NCBI GenBank assembly: GCA_951406725.2
Contig: OX597816.1
Span: 92,318,001-92,382,000, forward strand
DNA from: Octopus vulgaris
Lineage: Eukaryota
Length of the DNA: 64,000 bases
Direction: 5' to 3'
This document shows positions 26,663-42,547 of the stretch, piece after piece; position 1 is the stretch's first letter, and each line of letters opens with the position of its first letter. The notes under the pieces were generated by a model. It saw only the letters and a list, made by a program, of their open reading frames with translations. It was not told the DNA's origin and made no database searches. The translations under genes and the position numbers were made by a program.

Positions 26663-29490
26663 TATATATAATCTGGTGAGTGGAACAGGTAAAATGCACG
26701 TTACATTTGTTTCTTTACTATCTGAAGCTCATAATGCATTTGTTATGCAATGAGCTAATAATCAGGATGATATCTTAACGAAAATTACACTGACGCATGG
26801 GCTTTCTAAGTCAATCATAATGCAGTGGTGAGCTCAACTGAGTGTCCCCCGCATGTTACTTATATAATATATTTACATATATGAATATGTATAGGCCTGT
26901 ATATATGTGTGTATGTATAACTATGCATGTATGTAGATGCATGCACACATATGTTTATGCTCGGATGCATGTGCGTGCAGGTTTGAGAATCCAAACAGGA
27001 AAAGTGGAACTCAAACCATGAGCATTTATATTTTTTACTAACAGTTGTTTAAGAGCAACTTAAGAACCGAGTGTTTCATGCGTAAGCATTTATCAAAAAA
27101 TCTCTCGGCCCTTGAGTCATTCTGTTACTTCTGCCAATTATTCATACATATACATATATATGTATAATTATATGACCCAAACACCAGAGTCCAATATCAA
27201 CGTTATGAAACGCAGTTGAATCTTTCCCTCACCAACAAATACAGTACTCTAATTTTATTACATTTTCTATCTATTTATAGAGAGAGAGCAGTGAGATGTG
27301 TTTTTCAAAAGCTCACTGTAAAATAAAATGGCTCTTCTGTGGTAACGTTTATGAAGCGAATTTCAAGGAATACAGTATAGTTTAATGCTATATAATTAAT
27401 GTATATTGCTTGCTACAGGTATTAGCTGGAATAGTTGTTACGGTTGGAAGAAAGCTATGTAATACCAGTAGTAATAAATAAATTCAAAGTAGCAATATAT
27501 TTTCTACATTGACATATACTCTCTTTTTCGCTTTTCTAATCTACTCTCTTTCACTCGCTCTCTTGTTTTATATGTGTATGTCTGTCTGTCTGTGTCATCT
27601 GACACACCTGAAAGCATACACTCATATTACTTCAAATAAATACATGATCTGTGGAAGATTAATGTTTCAAGATCGATGCATTTACTAACATAGTTAAACA
27701 TACACATCCGAACTTTGACACATATTCACAGATATACATATATGCTGTCATACACGTATGTTTGTGGACGACTACCAACATATCTGTAAATGTATATTTA
27801 TGTCTCATTTGAGTTTTGTTTTAATGTTTCAGATCAACCTGGTATATAGCTTCATTACGATCCCTGAACGTGTTTTGTTGTTGTAAAGACCGTGTACAAA
27901 AAACATTTTCTCAACTTCTATATCTGTATCAACCTATATATTTGTATGACATACATTTTTACATCAATTTATGTAATGATTTTACTGTTTATAACATAGG
28001 GAAATGACTAAGAAATAGCTATGTAGAATCTATAGTGTCAGTACAGATGAATTAATAATAGAAGCTTTATTTCAGTGCATCATTATATATTGGTAAATGT
28101 TTATAGTTGACAGCGAGATCTGATTTCAACCATCATATATACTGACCTCTAGTAAGTTTTGTTGATATTTTTGATTTTGTTTTATATTATAGGTTTCATT
28201 TCATATTTCAATTAATAAACAGTAGAATCGTTGGTTATAGATATCCAATGGGGCAATCACAGGTTCACTGCATTTTTGATGGACAAGAGCGACAAGGGTA
28301 TGTTTATAACTTGGTGCAGGAGAAATATCGACAAAAAGTCGTTCGAAAAGCAACAGTGACTCGGTCATCGGCAATATTACTTGCTGGAAAGTTCGCATAT
28401 GAACTACACATGTGAATAAACACACACGTATATACACACCCACATACTCACACACACGGGCGCGCGTGCACACACGTATATATATGTGCGTGTATTTATG
28501 AATGTATGTATTTAGGTGTGTTTATATACACAATGGAGTATATTGTGCAATTTTTATCTACCAATCTATTTCCTATGGTTTTGTTTGATCTGAGACATTT
28601 TAGAAGACGCCTAATATTCCGACCAATGTGAGCGAAGATTGCACCAATTATGTACCAATTGAGCTTATTCACACACCCTCTTTACCCTATTTTACTCCCA
28701 GATCAGCCCCGATCAAGCAGAATTACATTCAAAGGCGGAAACACGCCTAGAAACATTGTGAGAGTCTCTACATAGACAGAAGAGAGGTATATGCGGAAAA
28801 TATGTCTGACTAAATACTTCCTAATGCATTTCCTGTTTCGTTATACCTGGCGTCTCACCATTTACATGTTTTGCATGAAGATACATCTGTGTGAAGCTTA
28901 TCAGGAGTTATCTTTCCCTTTATCATCTTGCTATAATGTTTCTCTTTGTAATGACTTAATATGGTAGAAATTGTAGAATGTAACTCTACCCAGTCTTTTG
29001 ACATATAGATATGGAGCATTATGAATTCAAAGACCTCACAGTTCACATATGATTCTCACTGTTGTGCAGCCAGTGAAATAAATACCAGTCAAACAATATG
29101 GTCAGTTTAACGGACTGTTCCAATTCCTTAAATGCATGACCATATTTCAATTCTTGAAATAACTATTGATATCACCGTACGCTGAACTTGTGTCACAATC
29201 GTTAAAGCAACTTGACAATATTTCTAGAAATAATTTCGGTCATTTATTATCCGAGTTTCTCCTTCACTATAGCAAAATATGATTATACCTCTCTCAGTCT
29301 AGTATTTATGCATGAAATTAATACTATAAATCTTAGAGAACTCATTAAAGTGTTTTAAGCATAATTTTGAAGTTGCGTATGTAGGTTTATGCGTATGAGT
29401 GTATATGTAAGGATACAAACAACCATATATAATAGAAGTATATATGTATATATATGTGTGTGTGTGCGTGTGTGTGTGTATATAAACATA

Positions 29491-29529
<39 letters not shown>

Positions 29530-29531
29530 CG

Positions 29532-29692
29532 TTACTCTTTTATGTACACTCCTTTATGTACACTGTTTTGTTCTACATCATTATGTTTAACCTTATAGTT
29601 TCTTATGTGGTGGTTTAATAAAGTATGTGATTGAGTATTATCTGGTAATTGATATTTGATTTCGATGTATTTCTCCATTTTCTTATTTTGTT
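29532..29692 (+). mobile_element. 3' tail fragment of the long-helix-II HHR family
   Basis: Clear homology to 49404-49570 (..tcttatgtggtggtttaataaagtatgtgattgagtattatctggtaattgatatttgattt..ttctccattttctta). Flanked by (TA)n. Confidence 0.8.
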
Positions 29693-29723
<31 letters not shown>

Positions 29724-30079
29724 ATTAACACACACATATATGCATGAATATATTCACACTATTTAAGTGATTAAATATCAACATTTACTCAGAGCTCTTG
29801 TGATTTGGATATGATAAATATAATACAATATTATTAAAATTAATAATGTTTATTTCGTTGCAGTGATGTAAATAAGAAATAGACAGTTTAATCAAACTAT
29901 TCAGTTAATGTATCTTTAAAGATAGAATTTAATGTAAATGCATCTTCATCTTATTAAGTAGATAGGTGAAGAATGCGGAGAAACTAATTGACATTAACTA
30001 ACTCAGTATGATGAACACACACGTTATTGTTGCTATTGCATTCTTATAAAATGTTAATATTGAATCTCTTGTTTTACGT

Positions 30080-30282
30080 GGCAAGCTGGCAGAATCTTTA
30101 GCTGGCCAGGCAAAATTCCACTAGGTTGTCTTTATACTCTATATTCAAATGCCGCCGATGTCAACTTTGTTTTTCGAGCTTTCGGGGTTCGATAAAATAA
30201 TGAGCAGTTCAACACTGCGGTCGACGTAATCGACTTACCACAACCCCATGAACCTGCTTGCCTTGTGCCAAAATTTGAAAGC
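30080..30282 (+). mobile_element. tRNA-derived SINE, second family
   Basis: Head GGCAAGCTGGCAGAATC, central ..CTTTCGGGGTTCGATAAAATAA.., tail CCTTGTGCCAAAATTTGAAA. Matches 33978-34179. Confidence 0.75.
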
Positions 30283-30480
30283 AGTATTTAATCTCTTGAA
30301 GTCAAGTTGCTTATTTTCACTGATTCAAAGGGACATTTGATATCACTGAGATTACTTCGAAGGGGTATTTATAAGAATAGGAATTGGGAATCGAGATGCA
30401 TATGTCACGTGAAAAATGCTTCGTCTCTGTGTGCTTTTACGAAATAACACTATAAACTGGCATCAAATATGCTATTTCTG

Positions 30481-30511
<31 letters not shown>

Positions 30512-31265
30512 CACACACACACACACATACACACATACACACATATATATATAAACATACACATACACCGCCTCCCATATATGTGTAGGTATTTTGGTTT
30601 TGTATTTGGTTTGCAAGATTCTTGAAGTGAACTCGCATAGGTTAAGACCTGAGGTAGAGATGTGTTTCTGTGGAAGCCGTGACCAAGGGACTTTGACAAA
30701 CTCAGCTGACTTTTTGACATACGGAACCATTAATCAAACATTGTAAGAGGATTGACGAATGAGGATAAAATAAGTGAAATACAACCAGTGTGTGCGATCA
30801 TTATTGGCATAATGTCCCTCGCAAGATACAGCGATATATACATATCGCGTTTTTAGTTATTTAAATTCTTCCTCTGACATATTAAACTTGGGAAATGAAT
30901 TTCATATTTTTATTCTTCCACTTATAGAATGCATCGTAATGTGCGAGAGAGTTGGTTGATTTCTCTTTCTGAAAAGCCTGGTTTATCCAGATGTATGTAT
31001 GTATGTATGTATGTATGTATGTATGTATGTATGTATGTATGTATGTATGTAGGCATATTTATGTGATGTTCGATATTATCGAACTTTCGGTCAGTTAAAA
31101 TATTTCGACTTCTAAAGACAAATTCATTGCAGCTACCTTGGAGCAAAAGTTGTCGCGTAAGGTAACGCTTAGAACCTTTTTTGCTCTACGGCAACTTCGG
31201 TAAATTTGCCTTTAAAAGTTGAAATATGTCGTAAATACTGCTTGGCAGCTGATACTACTGAATGT

Positions 31266-31340
<75 letters not shown>

Positions 31341-32287
31341 CAAACACTCCGTCGGTCACAAGTTCGAGCAAAGTTGTTTATTGAAGACCGGCAGTCGCCG
31401 ATGCATAAAGTGCAAGAATATTTTAATTCAGTTATTTCTAATTTTTAATAGAAGTAACAAGTAATAACAAATAGAAGTAATAACTTGTAACAAAATTTTT
31501 AGTTTTAATAAAAGCTAATATTTTCTATATCTAAATATTTCATCTCAAACTTTATCCTTAGCTGCAATATGTTAAGTAAACATTTTCTTGTTCTGTACTT
31601 TACCAGATGTAATAACTTGTCCTGAACCTTTCCAAGTGTAATAAGTTGTCGTGTACTTTTCCAGATTTATAATCTTAAGAATATTATTTCCCTTGCTCGC
31701 ATTTTTCCATGTAATATATATACGCATTATATGAAACCAAATGATCAAAGGAAATTACACAGAATAGCGAGTTGCTTCCTTTTGAGAAACGAAGACGAAT
31801 ATAGTGTGTATTTTAAATTCCTGACGTATTGGAGTTAGTTACGCTTTCAGTGTGGATAGACTAATTACTTGGTAACAATTAGTATTGACTTCAAATAAGG
31901 AAAAAGGATAATCTTATGAATTCTCCGACATTAGCATACCCTTAAGGAACAGACAAATGCACCAACACATATATGTCGTCAAAAATAGATTACACGACTA
32001 AGTAAATTCAGAAAACTATAACCATAATCATTGTTTGACTTTTGCATGTCAATAAAGATCTTGAAGACCTAAAATTTATAAATCGAATAGTTTCAAACCG
32101 AAACAACAGAAAGAAAGCCTTTTTCAATAATTATATAAAACAAGGAGAGATTTATTTTGTCTTCAACTTATAATTGAGATATTTGCTGATTCAATAACTA
32201 AACTACAAACACTATTGAATACATGCATATATACATACGTACGTGCATACATACATACATACATACATACATACATACATACATACA

Positions 32288-32319
<32 letters not shown>

Positions 32320-33977
32320 CATACATACATACATACACACACACACATACACACATATATATATATATGCATATGTATATCTATATGCGTGTGTATTTAT
32401 GTATATTTACACATACTCTCTCTCTCTCTCTCTCACACGCACACACACACACACACACACAACTACGAAATAAGTTTCAGGATCATATTAACAGAAACAG
32501 CAGTACAAAAGCAAGAAGGATATTGGAAAAGTATTCATTTTATTTTCTGAAGAAAGCCTATTGTATACTGGGATACATACATCTGCATTATCAATGAAAA
32601 ATGGATAATTACTGAACAGATAAGGATCACAACACATCAGAAAGTGTCAATTCGATTGTGATGTGAAGGAAACTGATATTTCTGATATGTCAAGCAGAAA
32701 TTACAAGACCGCATAAAGTACATTACAGGCGATTGAATCAGTAAGAATAGTATTGTTCTGATAAGATGATATTGAATATTATTAGGACGTATAATGACCT
32801 GTTGTATTTTATGCATTCAACAATAATACTGATGGCACAAGAAGCTATATAACAATGAAGAATAAATGTCGAAGTTGAATGATGCTTTTGAAAACTTAAA
32901 AGTCTATTATATGGGAGTGTAACCGAATTTTTTCTCTGTTATTAAGCGTATTAACCTGGGAGAGTTTGACCGAAATTTGAATATGTTTTGAAGCATATAA
33001 ACCAAGACATACCATATGTAATTTCACTAGTAATCGAAATATTCTACAGAAGCTAGTCAAAATTATTAGCAGTTAAGTTGTGAATTTTACAAAGACTTTA
33101 CATTTTAAAAAGGATTGTTATTCATGTTTAAAAAATATAAATTTGAATAATTCGAGATAGTATCTAACCAAATTCTGCATCTCCTTGGAACGTTTAGATA
33201 ATTTAGATTGATTTAAGCAGATAAACGTATAAAGTTTGGAGTTGAAGCAAAGTCTTGGCCTCTAAATTACTCTAATTCTTCACTCTGTGCCTTAACTATT
33301 TGAAATACTCCGTCAAACATAACCAAAACAATTCTACAAAAGCCAGGATGATATATGAAATATATATATATATATAAATATTGACCAATAAAAAACCTCT
33401 TTGAAAGACGTTAGAACATTTTCTATTTAAACAATGTAATTACTTTTGAGTTCCAAATCACATTTAGGAAAAGTAAGTAGAATGGAAATCATTTACGCGT
33501 ATAAGGCTGTATTTACGTGTCGGAGCCAAAATCATGATTGTTTATAATCAATTATGAAGAAGACTGCTAACACTTTCGTCCTATCATCTCTTTTCCTACC
33601 ATCACATCATGATTGTCTCCCGCAGCAATTCGTACAGCTATTGATTTATCCCCTCAATACTTCCTATGCAATCAATATTGTTGGCACTGTCTGCTGTTAG
33701 ACAGCTTTTATCAATTTAATGACAAATCAATTTCCCTTCCCAACAAATTTTAATATACAAGTTTATTTATCAAATATTTATTTGCTAAATCACATTTCAT
33801 TAAGGTACTATGACTATACGGAAGATATGTATTAGAGTTATAGAATAAATTTCCTAACAAAATATTTCTACAAAATTATTAATTAAAAGTTGTTCATCCT
33901 TGAGACTCAACATTGGCACAGAAGTCTGTTTTAGAATATGTTCGTTGAGAGAATATAAAGTTAATAATACCTATTTC

Positions 33978-34179
33978 GAATTTTGGCACAAGGCCAGCGA
34001 TTTGGGAGGCGGAGGAATCGATCACATCGACCCCAGTAATCAATTGTTACTTATTTTATCGATCTCGAAAGGGATGAAAGGCAAAGTCGGCATCGGCGGA
34101 ATCTGAACTCAAAACATAGTGAAGGACGAAACGCCGCTAAACATTCTGGCCGGTGTGCTAACGATTCTGCCAGCTCGCC
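33978..34179 (-). mobile_element. tRNA-derived SINE, second family (central domain resembles the Meta-type SINE domain)
   Basis: Minus strand GGCGAGCTGGCAGAATCGTTAGCAC..GAGTTCAGATTCCGCC..GACTTTGCCTTTCATCCCTTTCGAGATCGATAAAATAAGTA. Confidence 0.8.
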
Positions 34180-35305
34180 ATCTTTATAAAGATATTAATA
34201 TAAACGAAAAGATACCAACATATTTCGAAACGAATGCATTGATAGTGTGTCACATGGTGGTACATACCAGTTCTAGGAACTATTAAATATTGAAGGGAAA
34301 ACAAAGCCAAAGCAAAATCTAATTCTTATACCCATTTGAAAAATGGATATATGTAAACAAAAATGAAACCGAAAAATAACAGTGGCTCCCACTAACGAAA
34401 TCCGAGGAATATATCACAGAACTCTTACTCTGTTATATATTGGTTACAAGAGTGTGTGTATGCGTGTATGTGTGTGTGTGTGTGTCAGAGAGATAGAAAG
34501 ATAGAGAAAGAGAGAGCCACTTACACACACATGAGAACACACATGTTCACTGTCACTCACTTTTCTCCCTCCCCCCCTCTCTCTCTCTCTCTCTCTCCCT
34601 CTCCCTGTTTCACACACACGCACACGCACGTCCATTTCATATACGCGTACATATATATTCCCCTTTCTCCTCTCTTTCACTTTAAAACAAAAGTAAATGT
34701 ATAAAAAATTTTCTACGGAAATTAACGAATTCGAATGACAAGCAAAAGATCGCTATTCATTTGAAAATAATAATAAAAAACATAAAAAACATTGTCTGTT
34801 TAAGGAAAGCTAAAATATAAACACTTACTGTACAAACAACTTACATTTTTGAAATCCCATTCAGTTAAAGATATTTCTAAATGATTAAAATATTGTGTGA
34901 ATCAAAAAGTTTCCTTTTTTCTTAGAGAGCGCGAAGGCTATGTGTCGCAGATAGCGGATGTGTGTTTGTGTTGATTGACACGTAATGACATTCATTATAT
35001 CTGTGTGTCTTCTGTATGTGTGTTGACATCACGGAAGCCATGTTTTTTATTGTCCAGAAAAAACAAACAACAGTGTGTTCAATCGTTTTCATTAATAAAT
35101 AGGAGGTTCAGATATCACAAAATCTGCAGAGCACTGACGAAGATAAGTATGAAAATAAATATGCAAAAAAAAGTTAAAATATAGGTACTATTTCTGAGAT
35201 GTTTCGGGTACACACAAGCATCTCTAGAGTTTTAGTATTATTAATACATACATACATACATACATACATACGTACATATATACATACATACATACATATA
35301 TATAC

Positions 35306-35376
<71 letters not shown>

Positions 35377-35459
35377 TGTATATATATTATATGGTTAAAT
35401 TAATTTTATTTCTCGTTTTTATTATCCCAACACGATGGACATATACACATGTATGCGTT

Positions 35460-35642
35460 AGCTACTACACGCATTTTATTCTCTCCTTGTTTCTCTCCTT
35501 GTTTTTTTTCTGTGTATCTTTCTGAGGAAGAGCATAGGCTCGAAACGTAAAAGACTTTTTCTATTCCTGAGCGCTATACTAATACATTTGTTTGTTTGTA
35601 CCCCACCTGCCTTCGTCTTTTGTTTATATTCGTAAACTTTCC

Positions 35643-35646
<4 letters not shown>
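35460..35646 (+). mobile_element. PLE-type tail unit carrying a minimal hammerhead
   Basis: Family shared with copies at about 8985, 25995 and 48046. It ends tttccattt then (TA)n. Confidence 0.7.
35517..35554 (+). ncRNA. Minimal type I hammerhead ribozyme (loopless palindromic helix III, dimer type)
   Basis: TCTTT-CTGAGGA-A-GAGC-ATAG-GCTC-GAAAC-GTA-AAAGA. Helix I is 5 bp, the CUGAnGA and GAAA core is intact, helix II is 4 bp, and helix III is the ACGT palindrome. Confidence 0.7.
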
Positions 35647-35710
<64 letters not shown>

Positions 35711-35739
35711 ACCTCCCAACAATCCAGTATAAAAATAAA

Positions 35740-35809
<70 letters not shown>

Positions 35810-35929
35810 TGATGATGATGATTTAATTAATAACAATAATAACACTAATAACTTCTACCAACCAAATTACACTAAAGACCGAGTGGAGAGAAACAGGGAT
35901 ACACGTTTCAACAAAACTTACAGGAGATA

Positions 35930-37160
35930 CACAAAGTAATAAATTTATCAAAGAAAACACTCTCTGCAACAAAAATTAGTATCCTAGCTAAAGGACTAAA
36001 GTTTACTTCAATCCCACGAAGATCTAATAATAATGAAATTAAAGACCATATTTCGGAATTCTGCAGAAAACTGCGACTCGCAAAAACACTAACCGACTAC
36101 AACGACGAAGATGAGTCACTGGTTAAAAACAGAAGTAATTACCTTCTACATAAAGGTAGGAATAAAACAGTAAATGACTTCTGTGACCATATCCATAAAC
36201 GAAAAATTATTTCGAACCTCAACAATCTAGAATGGAAAAATCTAATTGAACTACAAAACGACAAAAACGACAATTAAAGAAGCAGACAAAGGAAGTGCTG
36301 TAGTCCTGATGGACACAGAATACTATAAAAACCAAGTATTATCCACACTAGAAAACGATGCATTCTGCGAAAAAGTTGTAAACTATAAACAACAAAAAAA
36401 CAATGAAAAGTTTTGCTTCCTTAATACTCTACATGGAAAAGGCCTGACAGAAAAAGAAACAGATTACATCACGAACTTCAAATGTAAACCTAGTCTTTTT
36501 TACGGCCTACCTAAAATACACAAGAGCAAAATAATTAATGAAGCCTGCAAACAATCACCAGGCAAATACATAAATATCCAAGCGCCAGAAGACCTAACTT
36601 TAATGCCCATTAAAGATGTCCCAGCCTGTGAAACCCACCGCCTAAGCAATTTTCTAGATATCCTACTGAAACCATTGCTGAAATACATCAAATTTCATTA
36701 GAGACGATTTAGACATTCTAGAACACCTACCATAACAATCAATGAAGAGGCATTATTGGTGACTTTCCGTGTTATCAATCTTTACACCAACATCCCACAT
36801 GACTATGGAATAAGTGCAATCAAATTCTGGTTGGAAAAGTACCACGAAGTACTCCCGCAACGCATAAATCAGATGTTTATCATTGAATCTTTAAAATTTA
36901 TACTTCACAACAATTATTTCCCATTTGATGAAACATACTATCGTCAAAAATGCGGAATTACGATGGGGACGAAAGCAGCCCTGATCTTGTAAACCTGATA
37001 AGGGCTCATTTTGAATTCACCATATATGAAGTCTCACTTCAAACATATGGTTATCGATTTCACCATTACATAAGAGTAAGCAGAAAAAGATAGCTGCATG
37101 ACTGTTTTATCGTTTGGAAGGAGACCATTGACAAACTTTTGGACTTCAAATCAAGACATT
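35930..37160 (+). pseudogene. Decayed Penelope-like reverse transcriptase
   Basis: VLAKGLKF.., TIKEADKGSAVVLMD, FYGLPKIHK, THRLSNFLDILLKPLL, LVTF.VINLYTNIPHD and ILHNNYF.FDETYYRQKCGITMGT. Several frameshifts. Confidence 0.9.
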
Positions 37161-37218
37161 GGCCCAGCATGGGTCCAGTTAGTGACTGTAACGAGTAATA
37201 TATATACATATATATGCA

Positions 37219-37790
<572 letters not shown>

Positions 37791-38481
37791 GTAAGTCAAT
37801 TAACAATAGCTACAGTGTGTTTGCCTTTTATAAAAAGGGTAGAAAAGAATAAGTGAAAGAATTAGAACAAGTACGAGGATACAGTGAAGTACATCTTAAT
37901 TTGAGCATAGCAAGAGGGATGTATTATAATAAGCATGTTATTTCATCCAATATGGATCGGTGAATATATTCGTTTTCAGGAGGAGTTTTTGCAGGAAGGA
38001 AAAATTTTAGGTAGTAGTTCACATTACGTTTACATATAACTTCAGTGGTAGGTTAGATGGTATGGACCACGCAATAACTAGCACTTGGGTATGAATAACT
38101 GGTTACACTAGCAGCAGTATATTGAATAGGTACTATCCCTTAGTTGGTTCCTCAACCTCTAATTCACAGAGAAATATGTATATATATATATATATATAAG
38201 TGTGTATACTAAAACATAAAAATATCTTTTCAACTTATCAATTGCTATTATGTTAAGCTATAAAATTTACTAAATAATTCTTTATCGCATAATATAACTA
38301 TTCTATCTTACACATTTGTCGGATTTAGTATAGTCGATAGAATTGGCATCACTATGTATAAAACTTATTTTACCGATACCAGAGAGATGAAAGAAAGAAC
38401 GAAATGTTGGTATCTGTGCGTTCACTGTTTTACCTTTCCCTTGATACTCTCACTCAAAAGTTTATTAGTATTTAAAACTAT

Positions 38482-38563
<82 letters not shown>

Positions 38564-39849
38564 TTTTTTCTTTATTTCTTTATTTGCAAGGAAAAGGAAG
38601 GTTGAACATTTAGACATAATTTGCTGAGTTTGAAAAAGTATTTTATGTAAATTTAAAATAAACTGCTGTTGTTAAACCGAAAAGATCATTTTGAAGACAA
38701 AAACATTAAAGGAAATATTTGAAATAATATGCTTGTTTTTTTATTTCTTTTTTTGAAGAACAGACATTGTTCAATAGAATATTCAATATAAATTCTTTCT
38801 TGTCTCTAGCAATTGAATTTTAGATTATGAAAAGTATTTCTATAGTAGATTTTCTCTCTGAAACAAAAGCGAGTCTAAACTGAGGCAAGTAATTTTTCCT
38901 TCCCATATAATCGCAACTAAAACATACATACCTACATTTATATATATACATATACGCATATACATGCACACATATATATGCATATATATTGTAGTTTAAT
39001 AAATCAGTTTGTTTTTTGCATATACACTTTACTATCCATGCGACTGTAATATATACAGTAACGACAAATATGTTAAAATAGATAAATGTACTGCTACTTT
39101 GAGGTTAAAATTGATAATGCTTTAAAAAATAATATATACGAATAGTACAAAATATATCTGCAGAAACTAGATGAAGATAAACTTCATACGACATCACTTT
39201 TTCTTGTTACTTTGTCTCTTTTTATGAACAAATGTGTGTGTGAGCGCATAGCATATAATTGTGCGTATGTATGAGTGGGTGAGTAAGTTTCCTTCGAACC
39301 AAAAATCTATCCTGACTTTGAAAATGGAACAACTTGCTTAAGCTACATAATTTTCTCTTTTGTGATTAGGAACAGAAGACGATGTGATAATTTCAAGAAT
39401 TATTAACGCCTCATCAGTGATCGGTTCACCAGTCCACAGAGAATATATTGGTTTATGTAATGGTTGCACATAGCTCTGATTACAACCTCGTCATGTGATG
39501 ATGATTGTGATCTGATCTAGTTTCTCACACTAAGACCGATTGTTTATAATAACCTATGAAGAATTTGGATTAATGAATACTTCTCAAAAGATAGCTGTGG
39601 TCTATCAACCAGCAGATGCTTACCTCGGTACTACACATTCAATGCTCTGTACCTTGGAGAAGATATCAACCGTAGTATTTCAAAACTGGTGATATAGGAG
39701 GTTGGAAAAAATGTCCCTGATCAGAAACGGATATCAAACTCAGCGCAAAAATTGAAGTGTGCTGGGCGTACGTGCTTACAGCATTAATGTATAGATGTAA
39801 AATGACGTCAGGGTCTGAAACGTTTCCACTAACAGTGCTTGCAATGTCT

Positions 39850-40350
39850 TATAAGAATATCTTTGTACCGGATACAATAGGTTCATTCGTTAGCCGTGAA
39901 GTCTAGGATACTGAAACAATAATTTAAGCAGCCTAGTTAAATAGTTCGTCGAACAGGCAATCGATTGTCAAAACAGGTATCGGACAGGGAGCTAAAATAG
40001 GAAAAGCACCGGCAATTCAAGTCAAAGGAGAGATATAAAGATATACTAAAACAACTAGGATAGTGGAGAAGTATGATTGCCAATGATGTTAAAGATCTGA
40101 GAGCAAGTGCATTAATTATGTCTAGCTAATAAGTATTGCAGACATATCAGGAAGTATCACTGCAAGAAATAATTTCTTGGCATCCGTACAATGCAAGGTA
40201 GTGATTGTGTATGCATTTCCAAAACCTGATTGCTTAGCCAGGTTGCACACGATGATGTTGAAGATGCCAACTAACTTTTCATATGTCCAGTGTAGTTTGT
40301 TGTGGATCAAAACGTTATCTCAAAGCATGTTCCCTGAATGAATGAAGACT
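39850..40350 (+). pseudogene. Possible decayed hAT transposase C-terminal (dimerization) region
   Basis: Broken frames give AFP...LARL..MP...S..Q.S....IKT.L.S.M, which resembles FPNL..L......P.T....ERSFS.L..IKT.LRS.M. Confidence 0.4.
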
Positions 40351-40444
40351 AGCTTTCTCAAAAGTCATCTGTGACAAGTTAGCTTATGTTTAAAATGCTG
40401 TCATTGTCTTATAGTCGTACTCGTACGCCAGTTGCCGTAGAAAT

Positions 40445-40832
40445 ATATTCTACTCTAGACACAAGGTCCAAAATTTTGGGGGAGGGTACCAGTCGATCAG
40501 ATCGACCCAGTACACAACTAGTACTTAATTAATCGACCCCGAAGGGGTGAAAAGCAAAGCCGACCTCAGCGGAATTTGAACTCAGAGCGTAAGAACAAAC
40601 GAAATACCTATTTCTTTACTACCCACAAGGGACTAAACACAGAGAGGACAAACTAGGACAGACAAACGGATTAAGTCGATTACATCGACCCCAATGCATA
40701 ACTGGTACTTATTTAATCGACCCCGAAAGGATGAAAGGCAAAGTCGGCCTCGGCGGAATTTGAACTCAGAACGTAAAAACAAACGAAATACCACAAACCA
40801 TATCACCCGGCGTGCAAACGTTCCTGCCAGCT
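40445..40832 (-). mobile_element. tRNA-derived SINE, second family, with an internally duplicated central domain
   Basis: Two copies of ATCGACCCCGAARGGRTGAAARGCAAAG..CCTCRGCGGAATTTGAACTCAGARCGTAARAACAAACGAAATACC at about 40532-40608 and about 40717-40792. Confidence 0.8.
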
Positions 40833-41851
40833 TGTAGTCTTAAGTAGATATATATTAAAAATGCAAGATATTGAAATGAAAATATTTCAACCTATTTTTC
40901 CTATGTTATTTAAATATTACTTAATGAATTGTGTAAAGTTTTCATATATTTATCGTTAATGACTTATGCTGTTTATCTACTATATACTTTTATACGACAG
41001 GGATACTGAAACGTTTCTGGCTTTAAGGGCATCACGAAAGGAGTGTATGGAGACCTAACCTTCCGGATTCTTTTACAGGGCTTAGAAAAATTGAAGGACC
41101 GCTGAAATAAATGCGTGTATCAAAGAGAAGAATATGTTGAATAAGATCATAATTAACCGATCCTCCTGTATTTTCTTTTACCCAAAACCAGGAACTTTTC
41201 AGCATCCCCTCGTATATTCCATTTTCCTGAACTTGTTTTCAGACTGACATTTTATAATACTTTCGGTGGTGCTGAGGAGTTTAAAAGAAATGGTTATGAT
41301 TAAATCTATTGACAAAATTCATTGCTTCAAATTCTACCACTGGTTGCCTCATTTATTTTGCACGTTTCTGTTTGTGTACATGGAATGCTGACATTTTATA
41401 CTTCGTGCTGTTCACTTTTCGAAAGAAAAGAAAATAAGAAACATTGTTTGAATAAAGAAGAGAATACGAAATGTCGGAAATTTTTGGAATTACTGCGACA
41501 CTTCTCTATCGTTACAAGATTAAGTTCAAGTTTTTCTCCAGAGACCCGTTAAATAAATATCGTATTAGGATACGCCTACCATCGTTTCTGAAAAGTAATC
41601 TTACTCTGGTTATAAACATGCATTAGAATGTTAAACATATATTCGTTGTGATAGCGATCTTGCCCTTTTCAGAGTCCCGGAATCCCAGTCTCAAGTGATA
41701 AAATACACATACATACATACATACTCATACATACGTACATAATACGTACATAATAAATATCAGGGTAAGAAAAAAATTTAGAAATTTTTACTACCAGTGG
41801 CCTAGCATGTAGAAAACTAGTCAATAAATTATATATTATTCGTATAAATAC

Positions 41852-42059
41852 AGTGTACATTTAAACACATAAGAGGTGACCATCATAGGACACCTAGCAT
41901 GCTAGAAAGAGTAGCCATAATCCAGACCACTATTAGAAATAAATTTCGAAGGGAATGAAAAATAAAAACATTTACCACCTAACTCCTGGACTATGGCTAC
42001 TCCTTCTAGCATGCTAGGTGTCTTATGATGGTCACTTCTTATGTCTTTAAATGTACACT
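41852..42059. repeat. Inverted repeat with 74-bp arms and a 60-bp spacer
   Basis: 41852-41925 versus the reverse complement of 41986-42059, with 5 mismatches by eye. Confidence 0.92.
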
Positions 42060-42424
42060 TTAGTGATACATATATATGTGTATGTTTGTGTGTGTGTGTG
42101 TATCAGAATTTGTATGAATGTGTACAGCATTGCTCATGCCAACTGGGTTGAAGGGCTCACCAAACACTGACGACCAAGCTGCTGTTTCGTTAAAATATTA
42201 TTCGTAAAATGTAGCCCACTGGAGACTATCAGAAGGTATTTCAAAATTAAATTCAGTCATTTTATTAGAGTTATCAATTGTGAAACACTACTGTCGGTTA
42301 ATACTGCTACTTCACAAAGCTGAAGATTTTTACAATTTCATTGACTAATAGATACATACATGCCTACATACATACATACATACATACATACATACATACA
42401 TACATACATACATAATGCATACAT

Positions 42425-42459
<35 letters not shown>

Positions 42460-42547
42460 CAAACACACCCACATATTTTTTTTATTAAAGTTTTAGCTCA
42501 GAGCTGCGGCCATGCTGATGCACCGCCGTTAAAACTACCGGAAGTCC

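Noticed and set aside
28241-28297. Possible micro-exon ending AGG|GTATGT
   Set aside because: Poor polypyrimidine tract and no recognisable peptide in either open frame.
34925-35045. Promoter-like patch with TGACATCA and CGGAAG motifs
   Set aside because: Short motifs expected by chance, with no linked gene.
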